Below are positions 1-9,345 of a DNA stretch of 64,000 nt, piece by piece (the first letter of the stretch is position 1; each line of letters opens with the position of its first letter). The stretch spans positions 204,781-268,780 of the forward strand of contig JBGARZ010000013.1 of assembly GCA_044229975.1 (NCBI GenBank), read 5' to 3'. A model generated the notes under the pieces. That model was not told where the DNA came from, ran no database searches, and worked only from the letters and a program-made list of their open reading frames with translations. The DNA comes from Polyangiales bacterium. GTDB lineage: Bacteria; Myxococcota_A; Polyangia; Polyangiales; Ga0077539. The translations under genes and the position numbers were made by a program.

Positions 1-5
1 GCGGC

Positions 6-2078
6 GTGACGGCGGTGCTCGTCGGGGGACTGAGCCCGTGGCTCGAACTCGACGACGTCTACCGGAGCTTCCTGCAACTGCTGGCGCGGCAGATCTCCGC
101 GAGCGTCACGAGCGCGTCGGCCTTCGAGCACGAGCGGCGTCGCGTCGCCGAGCTCGCGGAGCTCGACCGCGCCAAGACGGCGTTCTTCTCCAACGTGTCG
201 CACGAGCTGCGCACGCCGCTGACCCTCGTGCTCGGGCCGGTGGAAGACGCGCTCGCGCAGCCGGGGCGGTCGCTCGCGGGTGAGGCACTGGAGCTCGTGC
301 GGCGCAGCGCCCAGCGGCTCTTCAAGATGGTCAACACCCTGCTCGACTTCGCTCGCCTGGAGGCGGGCCGGGCCCAGGCGAGCTTCGCGCCGACGGACCT
401 GGCCGCGCTCACCGCCAACGTCGCCGGGCAGTTTCGATCGGCCATCGAGGCCGCGGGGCTGACGCTCGACGTGCGCTGCGCGCCGCAGCCCGACGCGGTG
501 CTGGTCGACGCGGAGATGTGGGAGAAGATCGTGCTCAACCTCCTCTCCAACGCGCTCAAGTACACGCTGCGCGGGTCGGTTCGCGTCGACCTCGCGTGGA
601 CCGACCGGGACGCCGTGCTCACCGTCGAGGACAGCGGCGTGGGCATCGCTCCGTCGGAGCTGCCGCGGATCTTCGAGCGCTTCTACCGCGCGGAGACCAC
701 GCAGGGGCGCAGCCACGAGGGCACCGGCATCGGGCTCGCGCTCGTGCACGACCTCGTCCAGATGCACGGCGGCGACGTCACGGCACGCAGCACCCTGGGC
801 GAAGGAACCACCTTCACCGTGCGCCTCCCGCGCATCACCACCACGGCCGCGGCCATCGACGACGCGCCGACCGGGAGCGCCCTCGCCGAGCAGTTCGTCG
901 GCGAGGCGCTGCGCTGGACGCCGCAGGACGCAGAGCCCGTCGCGATGGTGCGCGACCGCGCCGCGGCCCGCATCCTCGTGGTGGACGACAACGCCGACCT
1001 GCGAAACTACGTCGCGGGGCTGCTCGGTCGGAGCTTCGCCCACGTCGAGACGGCGACCCACGGAGCCGAGGCGCTGGCGTCGGCGCGCGCCCTCCCCCCG
1101 GACCTCATTCTCTGTGACGTGATGATGCCCGTGATGGACGGCTTCGCGCTGGTGCGCGCCCTCCGCGACGACCCGCGCACGCGGACGGTGCCCATCATCC
1201 TGCTCAGCGCCCGGGCCGGCGCCGAGGCGGCGGAGCAGGGGCTCGACAGCGGCGCGGACGACTACCTCGTGAAGCCCTTCGCGGGGCGCGAGCTCCTCGC
1301 GCGGGTGCGCAGCCAGCTCGAGATGGCGAGGGTTCGCGCCGAGGCGGGGCGCGAGAGGCAACGCATCAACGAGGTGCTGAGCGACGCGGCCGCGCGCGAC
1401 GAGTTCCTCGCGATGACGTCGCACGAGCTCCGCACGCCCCTCACGGCGCTCAAGCTACAGCTCGAGATCATGGGGCACACGGCCACCGCGGAGGGGCGCG
1501 GCTCGGAGCGCATGGGCGTCGCGCGCCGCCAGGTCGACCGCCTGGCCGCGCTGGTCGAGGCCATGCTCGACGCATCGCGGGCCTCCACGGGCACGCTCAC
1601 CCTCGCGCCCACCGACCTCGACCTGACCTCGCTCGCGCGCTCCGTCGCGGCGCGCTTCACCGACGACGCGGGCGCGACCGGGTCGACCATCCACGTCGAG
1701 GGCGCGCCGGTGCACGGCCGCTGGGACCGGGCGCGCATCGAGCAGGTGCTGAGCAGCCTCCTGTCCAACGCGGTGAAGTACGCGCCGGGGACGCCCATCA
1801 CGCTCCGCGTCGAGGGCGACGGGGAGACGGTGAGGATCGTGGTCCGCGACCTCGGCATCGGCATCCCGACCGAGGCGCTCCACCGGGTGTTTGAGCGCTA
1901 CGAGCGGGCGGTTCCGGCGGAAAACTACGGCGGGCTGGGCCTCGGGCTGTACCTCGCGCGCCGCATCGTCGAGGCCCACGGCGGCGACATTGGGGTCGAG
2001 AGCGTCGGCGACGGGGCCACGTTTACGGTTACGCTCCCGCGGATGACCGCGAGGACATTGGATCGCGACGAGGGTTGA
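6..2078 (+). CDS. Hybrid sensor histidine kinase (HisKA-HATPase-REC-HisKA-HATPase), probably 5'-truncated by the window edge
   Basis: H-boxes SHELRTPLT occur twice, N-boxes NLLSNALKY and SLLSNAVKY, G-boxes GTGIGL and GLGLGL, receiver motifs ILVVDDN and CDVMMPVMDG. Confidence 0.95.
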   Translation: MTAVLVGGLSPWLELDDVYRSFLQLLARQISASVTSASAFEHERRRVAELAELDRAKTAFFSNVSHELRTPLTLVLGPVEDALAQPGRSLAGEALELVRRSAQRLFKMVNTLLDFARLEAGRAQASFAPTDLAALTANVAGQFRSAIEAAGLTLDVRCAPQPDAVLVDAEMWEKIVLNLLSNALKYTLRGSVRVDLAWTDRDAVLTVEDSGVGIAPSELPRIFERFYRAETTQGRSHEGTGIGLALVHDLVQMHGGDVTARSTLGEGTTFTVRLPRITTTAAAIDDAPTGSALAEQFVGEALRWTPQDAEPVAMVRDRAAARILVVDDNADLRNYVAGLLGRSFAHVETATHGAEALASARALPPDLILCDVMMPVMDGFALVRALRDDPRTRTVPIILLSARAGAEAAEQGLDSGADDYLVKPFAGRELLARVRSQLEMARVRAEAGRERQRINEVLSDAAARDEFLAMTSHELRTPLTALKLQLEIMGHTATAEGRGSERMGVARRQVDRLAALVEAMLDASRASTGTLTLAPTDLDLTSLARSVAARFTDDAGATGSTIHVEGAPVHGRWDRARIEQVLSSLLSNAVKYAPGTPITLRVEGDGETVRIVVRDLGIGIPTEALHRVFERYERAVPAENYGGLGLGLYLARRIVEAHGGDIGVESVGDGATFTVTLPRMTARTLDRDEG

Positions 2079-2103
2079 ACGACCTTCGGTCGGAGGTGTT
2101 GTG

Positions 2104-2487
2104 ATGGCAGGTGGTGGTTCGGTTCTACTGGTCGAGGACGATCGCGATATCCGGGAGTCCATCCAGGACGCGCTCGAGAGCTTCGAATACGAGGTCGTCG
2201 CGGCCCACGACGGCATCGAGGCGCTGGAGCGGCTGCGCGGGGGCCACGCGCTCCCCAGGCTCATCCTCCTCGACATGATGATGCCGCGGATGAACGGCGC
2301 GCAGTTCCGCGCAGAGCTGTTGAAGCACGAGGCGTGGGCGGCCATCCCCGTGGTCGTGCTCACGGCCGACTCCAGCGCGCGGCGCAACGTCGAGGCCCTC
2401 CGGGTGGCGGCCTTCCTCCAGAAGCCGGTGAGCCTCGAAGACCTGCTCGACATCGTGGCCCACCTCATGGGCGGACGGACGTCGTAG
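2104..2487 (+). CDS. Single-domain response regulator (REC)
   Basis: VLLVEDD, LILLDMMMP, FLQKP; directly follows the kinase with GGAGG upstream. Confidence 0.93.
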   Translation: MAGGGSVLLVEDDRDIRESIQDALESFEYEVVAAHDGIEALERLRGGHALPRLILLDMMMPRMNGAQFRAELLKHEAWAAIPVVVLTADSSARRNVEALRVAAFLQKPVSLEDLLDIVAHLMGGRTS

Positions 2488-2514
2488 CGGCGACGGCGGC
2501 AATCGCCGCCTCCG

Positions 2515-4269
2515 TCAGTAGTCGAAGGAGCCGAGGAAGTACGGCGACTCGCGGGTGCACACCGCGCTGCTATCGCTGGCGGTGCGCGTCCCCGGCCAGG
2601 TGTATCGCACCGTCGTCCCCTGGTTGACGGTCACCGTCACGGCCGTCGGGCCCGTGATGCGAAACGGCACCGCGCACACGAGGTACGTCCCGCGCTCGGG
2701 CGCCGCCGCCCAGAAGACGTTCTCGGGCCCGGTGCCCGAGGTGTCGTCGCGATCGAGCTGACCCCCGCACCGGCTCGTCGCCCGAAACGAGATCGCCTGC
2801 ATGCACGGCGGAACCACGTGCAGGTCCATGTCCCCCGCGCGGTCCCAGGTCATCGTCACGCGCAGCATCCCGCTGCCCACGCAGACCCCGTTGGCGCACG
2901 CCTGCCCGGCCGCGCACACGTTGCCGCAACGGCCGCAGTTGGCCACGTCGCTCCGCACGTCGATGCACCGACCCGCGCACAACACCGAGCCCGCCGCGCA
3001 GGCCGCGCAGCCCTCGTCGACCATGCCGCTACAGTTGTCGTCGACCGCGTTGCCGCACACCTCCGCGGCCCCCGGCAACGTCTGTCCCAAGCACGCGCCC
3101 CACACCGACGTGAGCGTCCCGTCCGGGCGCACCAGCGCGTTGCATCGCCGCGTGCCCGCGCGACACGGCGCGACGGTGCGCGTCGCCGCGGGACCCGTGT
3201 AGCAGGCCTCCGACGCGTCGATGGTGCACGCGCACCCGGTGTTGGGGTTGCCATCACAGTTGCGATCGACGCCGTTGCAGACGTCCACCGCCGGGACCAC
3301 CTCGCCCGCGCACGGTCCCCACACCGTCCCGGTGCCCGAGATCGTCGCCACGCAGGTCTGCATCCCGTTGCGGCACAGCCCGCGGCCCGCGGTGCCCGCC
3401 GGGCCCGAGTAGCAGCTCCGCGTCTGTCCCCGCGTGCAGCCGCACCCGGTGTTGGGCACCCCGTCGCAGTCCGTGTCGCGACCGTCGCAGGTGTCCGCGC
3501 TCGGCCGAACCTCCCCCGCGCACGCGCCCCACGCCGACCCCGTCGCGGTCGCCGCGCAGGTCTGCATCCCCGCGCGACACAGCCCGCGCCCCTGCGTGCC
3601 CGTCGGGCCCGTGTAGCAGGCGCGCGACGTCCCCACGGGACACAGGCAGCCCGCGCCCGGGTTGCCATCACACGCGCGGTCGACCGTGGGCATGCGACAG
3701 TCCACCGGCTGCGGCGTGCCGAAGCCCGTGCACGCGCTCCAGGTGCCAAACTCCCCGACGCCGTTGCACCGCTGCATCCCGTAGGTGCAGACCCCGCGCC
3801 CGGCCCGCAGCGGGTCGCCCGGGTAGCACCGCTGCATCGCCCCTGGGACGCACGCGCACTCCTCGTCGGTCATCCCGTTGCAGTCGTCGTCGATGCCGTT
3901 GCCGCAGCGCTCGCGCGGGCCGCACGCCGTCACCCCGCCGTCCGGGAGCATCATCACGGGCAGCACGTCGGCCACGTCGACGCCGCCGTCACCGAGCGCC
4001 CCGTCACCACCGAGACCGGGCACGTCGAAGCTCGGTGTACCAAACGCATCGAGCATCAATCCGCCGTCGCCGATGGGTCGGTCGGCGCTCGCTGCGCGGT
4101 CGCCCGTCGCGCCGTCCCTCGCCCCGGTGGTGGCGCCCTCGGAGCCGCATCCGACCATGGCGGTCGCGAGGCCACACCAGACGACGGACCACTGCCACGA
4201 GCGGAGAGCGCGCATAGACCTCAGGAGAGTGGATGGCGGGACGGGGAAGGGCAGCGACTCTAACACCAC
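2515..4269 (-). CDS. Cys-rich repeat lipoprotein of myxobacterial type with a C-terminal YfaP/DUF2135-like domain; true start probably slightly downstream
   Basis: Lipobox-like MVGC; repeated C-Y-x-GP...G-x-C-x-x-G-x-Q-x-C...WG-x-C and CNGxDxxCDG units; C-terminal RVTMTWD..DMDLHV..LDRDD..GPEN motif. Confidence 0.75.
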   Translation of the reverse strand: MVLESLPFPVPPSTLLRSMRALRSWQWSVVWCGLATAMVGCGSEGATTGARDGATGDRAASADRPIGDGGLMLDAFGTPSFDVPGLGGDGALGDGGVDVADVLPVMMLPDGGVTACGPRERCGNGIDDDCNGMTDEECACVPGAMQRCYPGDPLRAGRGVCTYGMQRCNGVGEFGTWSACTGFGTPQPVDCRMPTVDRACDGNPGAGCLCPVGTSRACYTGPTGTQGRGLCRAGMQTCAATATGSAWGACAGEVRPSADTCDGRDTDCDGVPNTGCGCTRGQTRSCYSGPAGTAGRGLCRNGMQTCVATISGTGTVWGPCAGEVVPAVDVCNGVDRNCDGNPNTGCACTIDASEACYTGPAATRTVAPCRAGTRRCNALVRPDGTLTSVWGACLGQTLPGAAEVCGNAVDDNCSGMVDEGCAACAAGSVLCAGRCIDVRSDVANCGRCGNVCAAGQACANGVCVGSGMLRVTMTWDRAGDMDLHVVPPCMQAISFRATSRCGGQLDRDDTSGTGPENVFWAAAPERGTYLVCAVPFRITGPTAVTVTVNQGTTVRYTWPGTRTASDSSAVCTRESPYFLGSFDY

Positions 4270-4288
4270 ACGCCGTGTGGAGGCGGTG

Positions 4289-5701
4289 TCAGTGCGCGGG
4301 CGCAGCGGCAGGAGCGGGGCGGCGGATGATCGGCGCGGCCTGGAGGGCGGCGGGCGACGGCATCACGATGCCAGGACCACCAGCGCCCTGACCAGCGGCG
4401 CCGAGCGCAGCGACGGGGACGGCCGTGGGGCCGCCGGGCGCTGCGGGGACTTCGCCGCCGAGGGTGATGCGGCCGAAGCGTTCGAGGGTGTGAAAGTCGC
4501 CGCGGCGCGGGGCGCTCCAGGCGGCGCTGCGCTGACCGCCGGTCTTGGGCTCGTCCATCACGAAGAGGTTGAGCCGCACCTGATCGCCCGCCTGCGGGGG
4601 CGTGTGGGCGAGGCCGTCGTTGATGGCGGTCCACGGAATGGCGAGCTCGACGTCGTAGCCGGTGTCGGTGTCGTCGGCGTTGCCCACGGTGCCGGTCACG
4701 TTGACGCCGGAGCGGGTCTCCGGGTTGAAGTCGGCGTGGCCGATGGGAGCAGGCACGCGCGCCTGGTCGTACCGCGTATCAAACCGCTGGTTGCGCGGCG
4801 ACACCTGGAACTCGTAGTAGTTGTTGCCGTCCCCGTTGGGGTCGATCATCACCTCGACGGCGTCGTGCTCCCAGAGGTGGTTGTCGCGCTCGGTGGAGGG
4901 GTCGAGCACGTTGTCGTCAGTCACGTGGAAGGCCACGTAGAGGTTGGTGTCGTCCCACAGCATCTGCGCCGTGGCGCGCGCCTCGGTGGCGCCCGCGGGG
5001 CTGCCGTTGGCCGGGTTGACCAGCGGGCCGGTGCGCGCCGCGTTGGCCCACGCGGGCTCGTCGAGCCGACCGTCGGCCGTGATGGCCCCGGTGGTGCGCG
5101 GAACGTTGGCTTCGGTGAGCTGCACCGCGACGCCCGTGTCGAGCGAGAGCACGCGCGCGCGGCGGTCGCCGTCGGTGCGATCGGCGGGCGTCACCGGGAG
5201 GCGCGTGGCGTCCTTCCAGAGGCCGACGTGGATGCGAACCGTGGGCGAGTCCCACTCCGCCGGGAGCTCGAAGCTCTGCACGTCGCGGATGAACTCACCG
5301 GCGTGCCAGCGCTCGGGCTGGTAGGCGCGGCGCACGTCGCCGACGTTGTCCTGGTTGGTGCGCGGGCCGTTGCTGTCGTCGAGGTGCGTAAACAACCGCC
5401 AGCCGTCGCCGGTGGGGGCGCGGCACTTCCAGTACCAGGTGACGGTGACGCTCTGGCCGGGGCGCAGCGTGTTGCCCGTGATGTTGATGTCGTAGCCGAG
5501 CAGCTCGACCTTGTTGTCGAAGTTGAAGCTCAGCGGGTGCTGCGGCGTCGGGGCCGTGCGCGTCACGACCTGACGCCGGATCCGATCGAGCTCCGCCTGC
5601 GAAGCCCCATTGCGGTTGGGCTGCGTCGGCTGCTCCACGCACGCCCCGCCCAGAGCCAGACACACCACCCACGGCATCCACGTCTTCATCGATGTCCTCA
5701 T
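4289..5701 (-). CDS. Lipoprotein with a CBM9/DOMON-like carbohydrate-binding domain
   Basis: Lipobox GGAC; DGRLDEPAW, LWDDTNLYVAF, DAVEVMIDP, YYEFQVSP and VELAIPW are CBM9-like motifs. Confidence 0.8.
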   Translation of the reverse strand: MRTSMKTWMPWVVCLALGGACVEQPTQPNRNGASQAELDRIRRQVVTRTAPTPQHPLSFNFDNKVELLGYDINITGNTLRPGQSVTVTWYWKCRAPTGDGWRLFTHLDDSNGPRTNQDNVGDVRRAYQPERWHAGEFIRDVQSFELPAEWDSPTVRIHVGLWKDATRLPVTPADRTDGDRRARVLSLDTGVAVQLTEANVPRTTGAITADGRLDEPAWANAARTGPLVNPANGSPAGATEARATAQMLWDDTNLYVAFHVTDDNVLDPSTERDNHLWEHDAVEVMIDPNGDGNNYYEFQVSPRNQRFDTRYDQARVPAPIGHADFNPETRSGVNVTGTVGNADDTDTGYDVELAIPWTAINDGLAHTPPQAGDQVRLNLFVMDEPKTGGQRSAAWSAPRRGDFHTLERFGRITLGGEVPAAPGGPTAVPVAALGAAGQGAGGPGIVMPSPAALQAAPIIRRPAPAAAPAH

Positions 5702-5714
5702 TGGAGTCTATTCG

Positions 5715-7424
5715 TCACTTCTTGCGGTTCTTGCGGCGCGCGTCGCGCTCCTGCTTGCGCTTGTCCTTGGGCTTGCCGAGCACCGCCGTGCGCGGCCGCG
5801 CCGCCGGGGCGCCGCCCATCATCCCGCTGGGATCGCCGCCGCCCATGAGGGCGCGCATCAGCTCGTTGGGGTCGCCCATTCCGGGGAAGCCACCCATGCC
5901 GCCGGGCATTCCGGGGAAGCCACCGGGCATCCCGGGGAAGCCGCCGCGACCGCCGCCGCCGCCCGCCACCGCGGACTCCAGCATCTCCTGCGCGATCTGC
6001 GCGATGGCCGCGTCGTCCCCCTGGACCTTGACCATGTCCTTGAGCTTGCGCGCCATGGCGAGCTGCTTCGCGCCCGGCATCTTCTGGAGGAAGCTCGCCT
6101 GCTGGCCGATGTTGCCCATCATGTCGCGCATCATCACGAACTTCGCGACGAGCTCGGCCACCGCCTCGGGCTGATACCCCGAGCCCTTCGAGACACGCTG
6201 AACGCGCCCCGGCTGGGTCTTGAAGAGGTCGGCGTCGCGGCGCTCCTGCTTCGTCATCGAGGCGACGATGACCTTGGCCTTGTCGAGCTCGCGGTCGTCG
6301 ACCTTCGCGTCGGGCGGGAGCATGCCGCTGAAGAAGGGCATGCGATCGAAGAGGTCTTGCAGCGGACCCATCTTCTGGATGGTCTCGATCTGCGCGACGA
6401 AGTCATCGAGGGTGAACTGCCCACCCAGCATCCGCATCGCGTCTTCTTCGGCGCGCTTCTCGTCGACGACCTTCTTGAAGTCGTTGACCACCGAGACGAT
6501 GTCGCCCATCCCGAGGATGCGCGACGCCATGCCGTCGGGGCGAAACGCTTCGAGCTTGTCGAGCGACTCACCGACACCCGCGTAGCGGATGGGGATGCCC
6601 GTCACTTCGCGGATGGAGAGCGCCGCGCCGCCGCGGGCGTCGCCGTCGAGCATGGTGAGCGCGATGCCCGTGAGCCCGAGCGTGTCGTGGAAGGCCGTCG
6701 CCGTGGCGAGGGCGTTTTGCCCGATGGCCGCGTTGACCACGAGCAGGATGTTGTTGGGTTTCGTCTCGCTCTTGATGGACCGGAGTTCGTCCATCAGCAC
6801 CATGTCGATGGCGAGGCGGCCCGCGGTGTCGAAGATCACCACGTCCTTCTTCTGGACCTTGGCGACCGCGAGCGCGCGCTTGCACACCTCGACGGGGCTG
6901 CTGCCGGGCACCGAGAAGACCGGGACGTTGATCTTCTGCCCGAGCACGTTGAGCTGCTCGATGGCGGCCGGGCGCTGGAGGTCGGCGGCGACCAGCAGCA
7001 CCTTCTTGCCCTCGTCGGTGAGGAGCTTGGCGAGCTTGGCGCTGGTGGTGGTCTTCCCCTGCCCCTGGAGGCCGACCATCATCACGAGGGTGGGCGTTCC
7101 CTTCGGGGCCTCGGTGAGCGAGGCGTTGTCGGGCGAGGCCATCATGGCGATGAGCTCGTCCTGGCAGGCCTTCACGAAGAGCTGATCGGGGGTGACGGTG
7201 GCCTTCTTGCCCTGCGCCTCGGCGCGGAGCTTCACCACCTGCCCGAGGAGCTTCTCCTTCACCCGCGCCAGGAAGCGCTTGGTGACGTTGAGCTCGACGT
7301 CGGCTTCGAGGAGCGCCAGCCGCACGTCGCGGAGGGCCTGCTCGATGTCGGCCTCGGTCAGCTCGGCGACCCCGGTGAGCTTCTGCCTCGCCTTGCGAAA
7401 CCCTTCGGTCAACGTCTTGAACAT
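5715..7424 (-). CDS. ffh: Signal recognition particle protein Ffh
   Basis: ALLEADV, GLQGQGKTT, DTAGR, DGDARGGAALS, SRILGMGD, M-domain SMTKQER. Confidence 0.97.
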   Translation of the reverse strand: MFKTLTEGFRKARQKLTGVAELTEADIEQALRDVRLALLEADVELNVTKRFLARVKEKLLGQVVKLRAEAQGKKATVTPDQLFVKACQDELIAMMASPDNASLTEAPKGTPTLVMMVGLQGQGKTTTSAKLAKLLTDEGKKVLLVAADLQRPAAIEQLNVLGQKINVPVFSVPGSSPVEVCKRALAVAKVQKKDVVIFDTAGRLAIDMVLMDELRSIKSETKPNNILLVVNAAIGQNALATATAFHDTLGLTGIALTMLDGDARGGAALSIREVTGIPIRYAGVGESLDKLEAFRPDGMASRILGMGDIVSVVNDFKKVVDEKRAEEDAMRMLGGQFTLDDFVAQIETIQKMGPLQDLFDRMPFFSGMLPPDAKVDDRELDKAKVIVASMTKQERRDADLFKTQPGRVQRVSKGSGYQPEAVAELVAKFVMMRDMMGNIGQQASFLQKMPGAKQLAMARKLKDMVKVQGDDAAIAQIAQEMLESAVAGGGGGRGGFPGMPGGFPGMPGGMGGFPGMGDPNELMRALMGGGDPSGMMGGAPAARPRTAVLGKPKDKRKQERDARRKNRKK

Positions 7425-7510
7425 GGTCCTCTTTGCTAGGGCCGCGCTGCTACCACGGCGGCGGGGATTCCATCAACCCCGGCCGAGCGGGCCAGGGATT
7501 CGAAGTCGGT

Positions 7511-7713
7511 GATGGCGGCGGTGCCAGGCAAAAGGGGCCGCAAGGGCGCGAGGGTCGCAAGGGGGGGAGTGTTTCTGGAGGAGATGGGGACGAGCGCAAT
7601 GTAGGTGAGGGTGTTGGCTCGAAAGATTGCTGGCCTACCCGTCCGCCCTCTTGAATCACCACCCCTTGCGACCCTCGCGCCCTTGCGGCCCTTCGCCTCT
7701 CCCCGCCGCCATC
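7511..7713. repeat. Long inverted repeat (REP/REPIN-like) upstream of ffh
   Basis: 7535-7564 is the exact reverse complement of 7662-7691 (30 bp); outer arms 7511-7521 and 7703-7713 also pair. Confidence 0.85.
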
Positions 7714-7810
7714 GCCTGCCCCGTCCATCAGGTCCTGCGGGTGAGCTCGTGACCGACCATGGTGGGACCTTCTGATCGACGCGGACGGCCCGGGCGGACG
7801 TCGCTCACGA

Positions 7811-7902
7811 CGACTGGCAAGCGCAGACGTGCGCGGCACCGTCCCGCTCGACCCGACTGGCAGGCGCGGACGCGCCCGGCGCCGTCCCCTTCGACCCGAC
7901 TG
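7811..7902. repeat. 43-bp tandem direct repeat, two copies plus a partial third
   Basis: 7811-7853 and 7854-7896 match at 36/43 positions; a third CGACTG starts at 7897. Confidence 0.8.
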
Positions 7903-7940
7903 AAAGGCCCGGGTGACTCCGACGGCAGGCGACGGATGCG

Positions 7941-8663
7941 TTACGCAGTGACGGGACGTGCAGGCGACGGGACGTCCGGCTCGGGAGGCGCCTCGGTGAC
8001 CTGGGCGTCCGCCGGAACGGCGAGGTCGTAGAAGATCAGCGGGAGCTGGTTGAGCCGCCCCGTGAGGCGCAGCACGCACTCCACCCCGGTGCGCGCCGCG
8101 GTGTAGACCTGGAGCCACGCCATGCGCGCGGCCTCCACCTCCGGGGTGGCCTGGGAGCGATCGGTGCGCGCGTCGTGTGAGTGGTCGACCACGGGCGCGA
8201 GCTGGCGGGCCGCGCGCGAGAACTCGCTGCGCCAGGTGGCGGCATCGCTCACGGGGGTCCCCGCGGCGCCGAGCTTCGCGGAGATGTGGCCCAGCGCCAA
8301 CAGCACGCGCGCGGCGCTGCGGCCGACGCCCCCGGCCGTTCCGTCGGCGGTGAAGAAGGTCTTGCGGTCGACGGAGCCGCGGGCGTGACCGTCGAGGTGA
8401 CGGCTGAAGCGCCCGAGCAGCTCGATCGACTGCGCCAGCGCCGACACCTTGCCCTGCGATCCCTGGCGCAGCTTCGCGTCGGCGGCCCGCGCGCTGTCGA
8501 CGGCGGCCTTCACGGCGGCGGTGGCGTCGGTGATCTCGACGGCCAGATGCTCCATGCCGTCATCGAACGCGGGCACCAGCCCCACGGCCAGCTTGCGGAT
8601 CATCTTCGCGGCGTAGTCCCCATAGATCTTCGTCTCGTCGTGATCGATGTAGCGATCCGTCAT
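7941..8663 (-). CDS. Hypothetical alpha-helical protein, start taken at MTDRYID
   Basis: Clean ORF with GC3-rich codons and a purine-rich RBS (AAGGGG) upstream; no motif recognised. Confidence 0.7.
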   Translation of the reverse strand: MTDRYIDHDETKIYGDYAAKMIRKLAVGLVPAFDDGMEHLAVEITDATAAVKAAVDSARAADAKLRQGSQGKVSALAQSIELLGRFSRHLDGHARGSVDRKTFFTADGTAGGVGRSAARVLLALGHISAKLGAAGTPVSDAATWRSEFSRAARQLAPVVDHSHDARTDRSQATPEVEAARMAWLQVYTAARTGVECVLRLTGRLNQLPLIFYDLAVPADAQVTEAPPEPDVPSPARPVTA

Positions 8664-8849
8664 CGTGCGTCCCCTTCGCATGGGCCTCGCGGGACACTCC
8701 GCGAGCCATGACAGACGTTAACCGGGCCGTGAGGACGGCGACAAGACTCGTCGAACTCGACGGGGGAGAAGGGGCGTAGTAGCGGTCTCTTCGCGACGAT
8801 GGTCACTGCCTCGACAACGGTCCCCGCCGCGAACGACACGCCGGATGAC

Positions 8850-9340
8850 GTGAGGGCGCTCTACGGGATCTGGCTGGAAAACTTCCTCTCCTTTAGAGGG
8901 CGGACGGACTTCGAGTTGCGTCCGCTCAACCTCCTCAGCGAGGACCTCGTCGACCCGCGCCACCGCGCCAACCCCTGGGAGCACCTCGCGAAGCGCGAAG
9001 GGATCTCTGGCCCCAACCCGACGGCACCACGCCCGAGCAGGCGCAGTTGATGGTGGTCTATGTCGAGAGCTGGATCGCGTCCGATCCGCGGGCCCTCGCG
9101 AGCTACTACGGCAAGGACTTCCAGCCGAGCGCTCTCCCGCAGGCGAACGACTTCGAGACGCTTCCCAAGCCCGTCGTGCTCGACTCGCTCAAGAAGGCGA
9201 CCCGCGCCACGAAGAAGGGCGAGTACGGCAAGTCCCACGCGTTCGATCTGGTCGGCCTCATCGACCCGCACGAGGTCGTGAAGCGCTGCCGGTACTTCGC
9301 GCCGCGCTTCCACCGACTCGTCGAGGAGCGCTGCGGGTAA
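8850..9340 (+). pseudogene. Collapsed remnant of an ABC/AAA_21-type ATPase N-terminus fused to a frameshifted DUF4276-like C-terminus
   Basis: IWLENFLSF...LRPLNLL stops just before the expected Walker A; then SEDLVDP..PWEHLAKREG, a frameshift near 9001, then DLWPQPDGTTPEQAQLMVVYVESWIASD...ATRATKKGEYGK. Confidence 0.65.
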
Positions 9341-9345
9341 GGGGG

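Noticed and set aside
5715..5970. GGFPGMP repeats in the Ffh tail as a novel feature
   Set aside because: Gly/Met/Pro-rich low-complexity tails are common on Ffh proteins of high-GC bacteria
7811..7902. CRISPR array
   Set aside because: The units abut with no unique spacers, there are only two full copies, and no cas genes are present
8695..8709. Sigma54 promoter for the 7941-8663 gene
   Set aside because: Minus-strand TGGCTCGCGGAGTGT has GT rather than the required GC at -12
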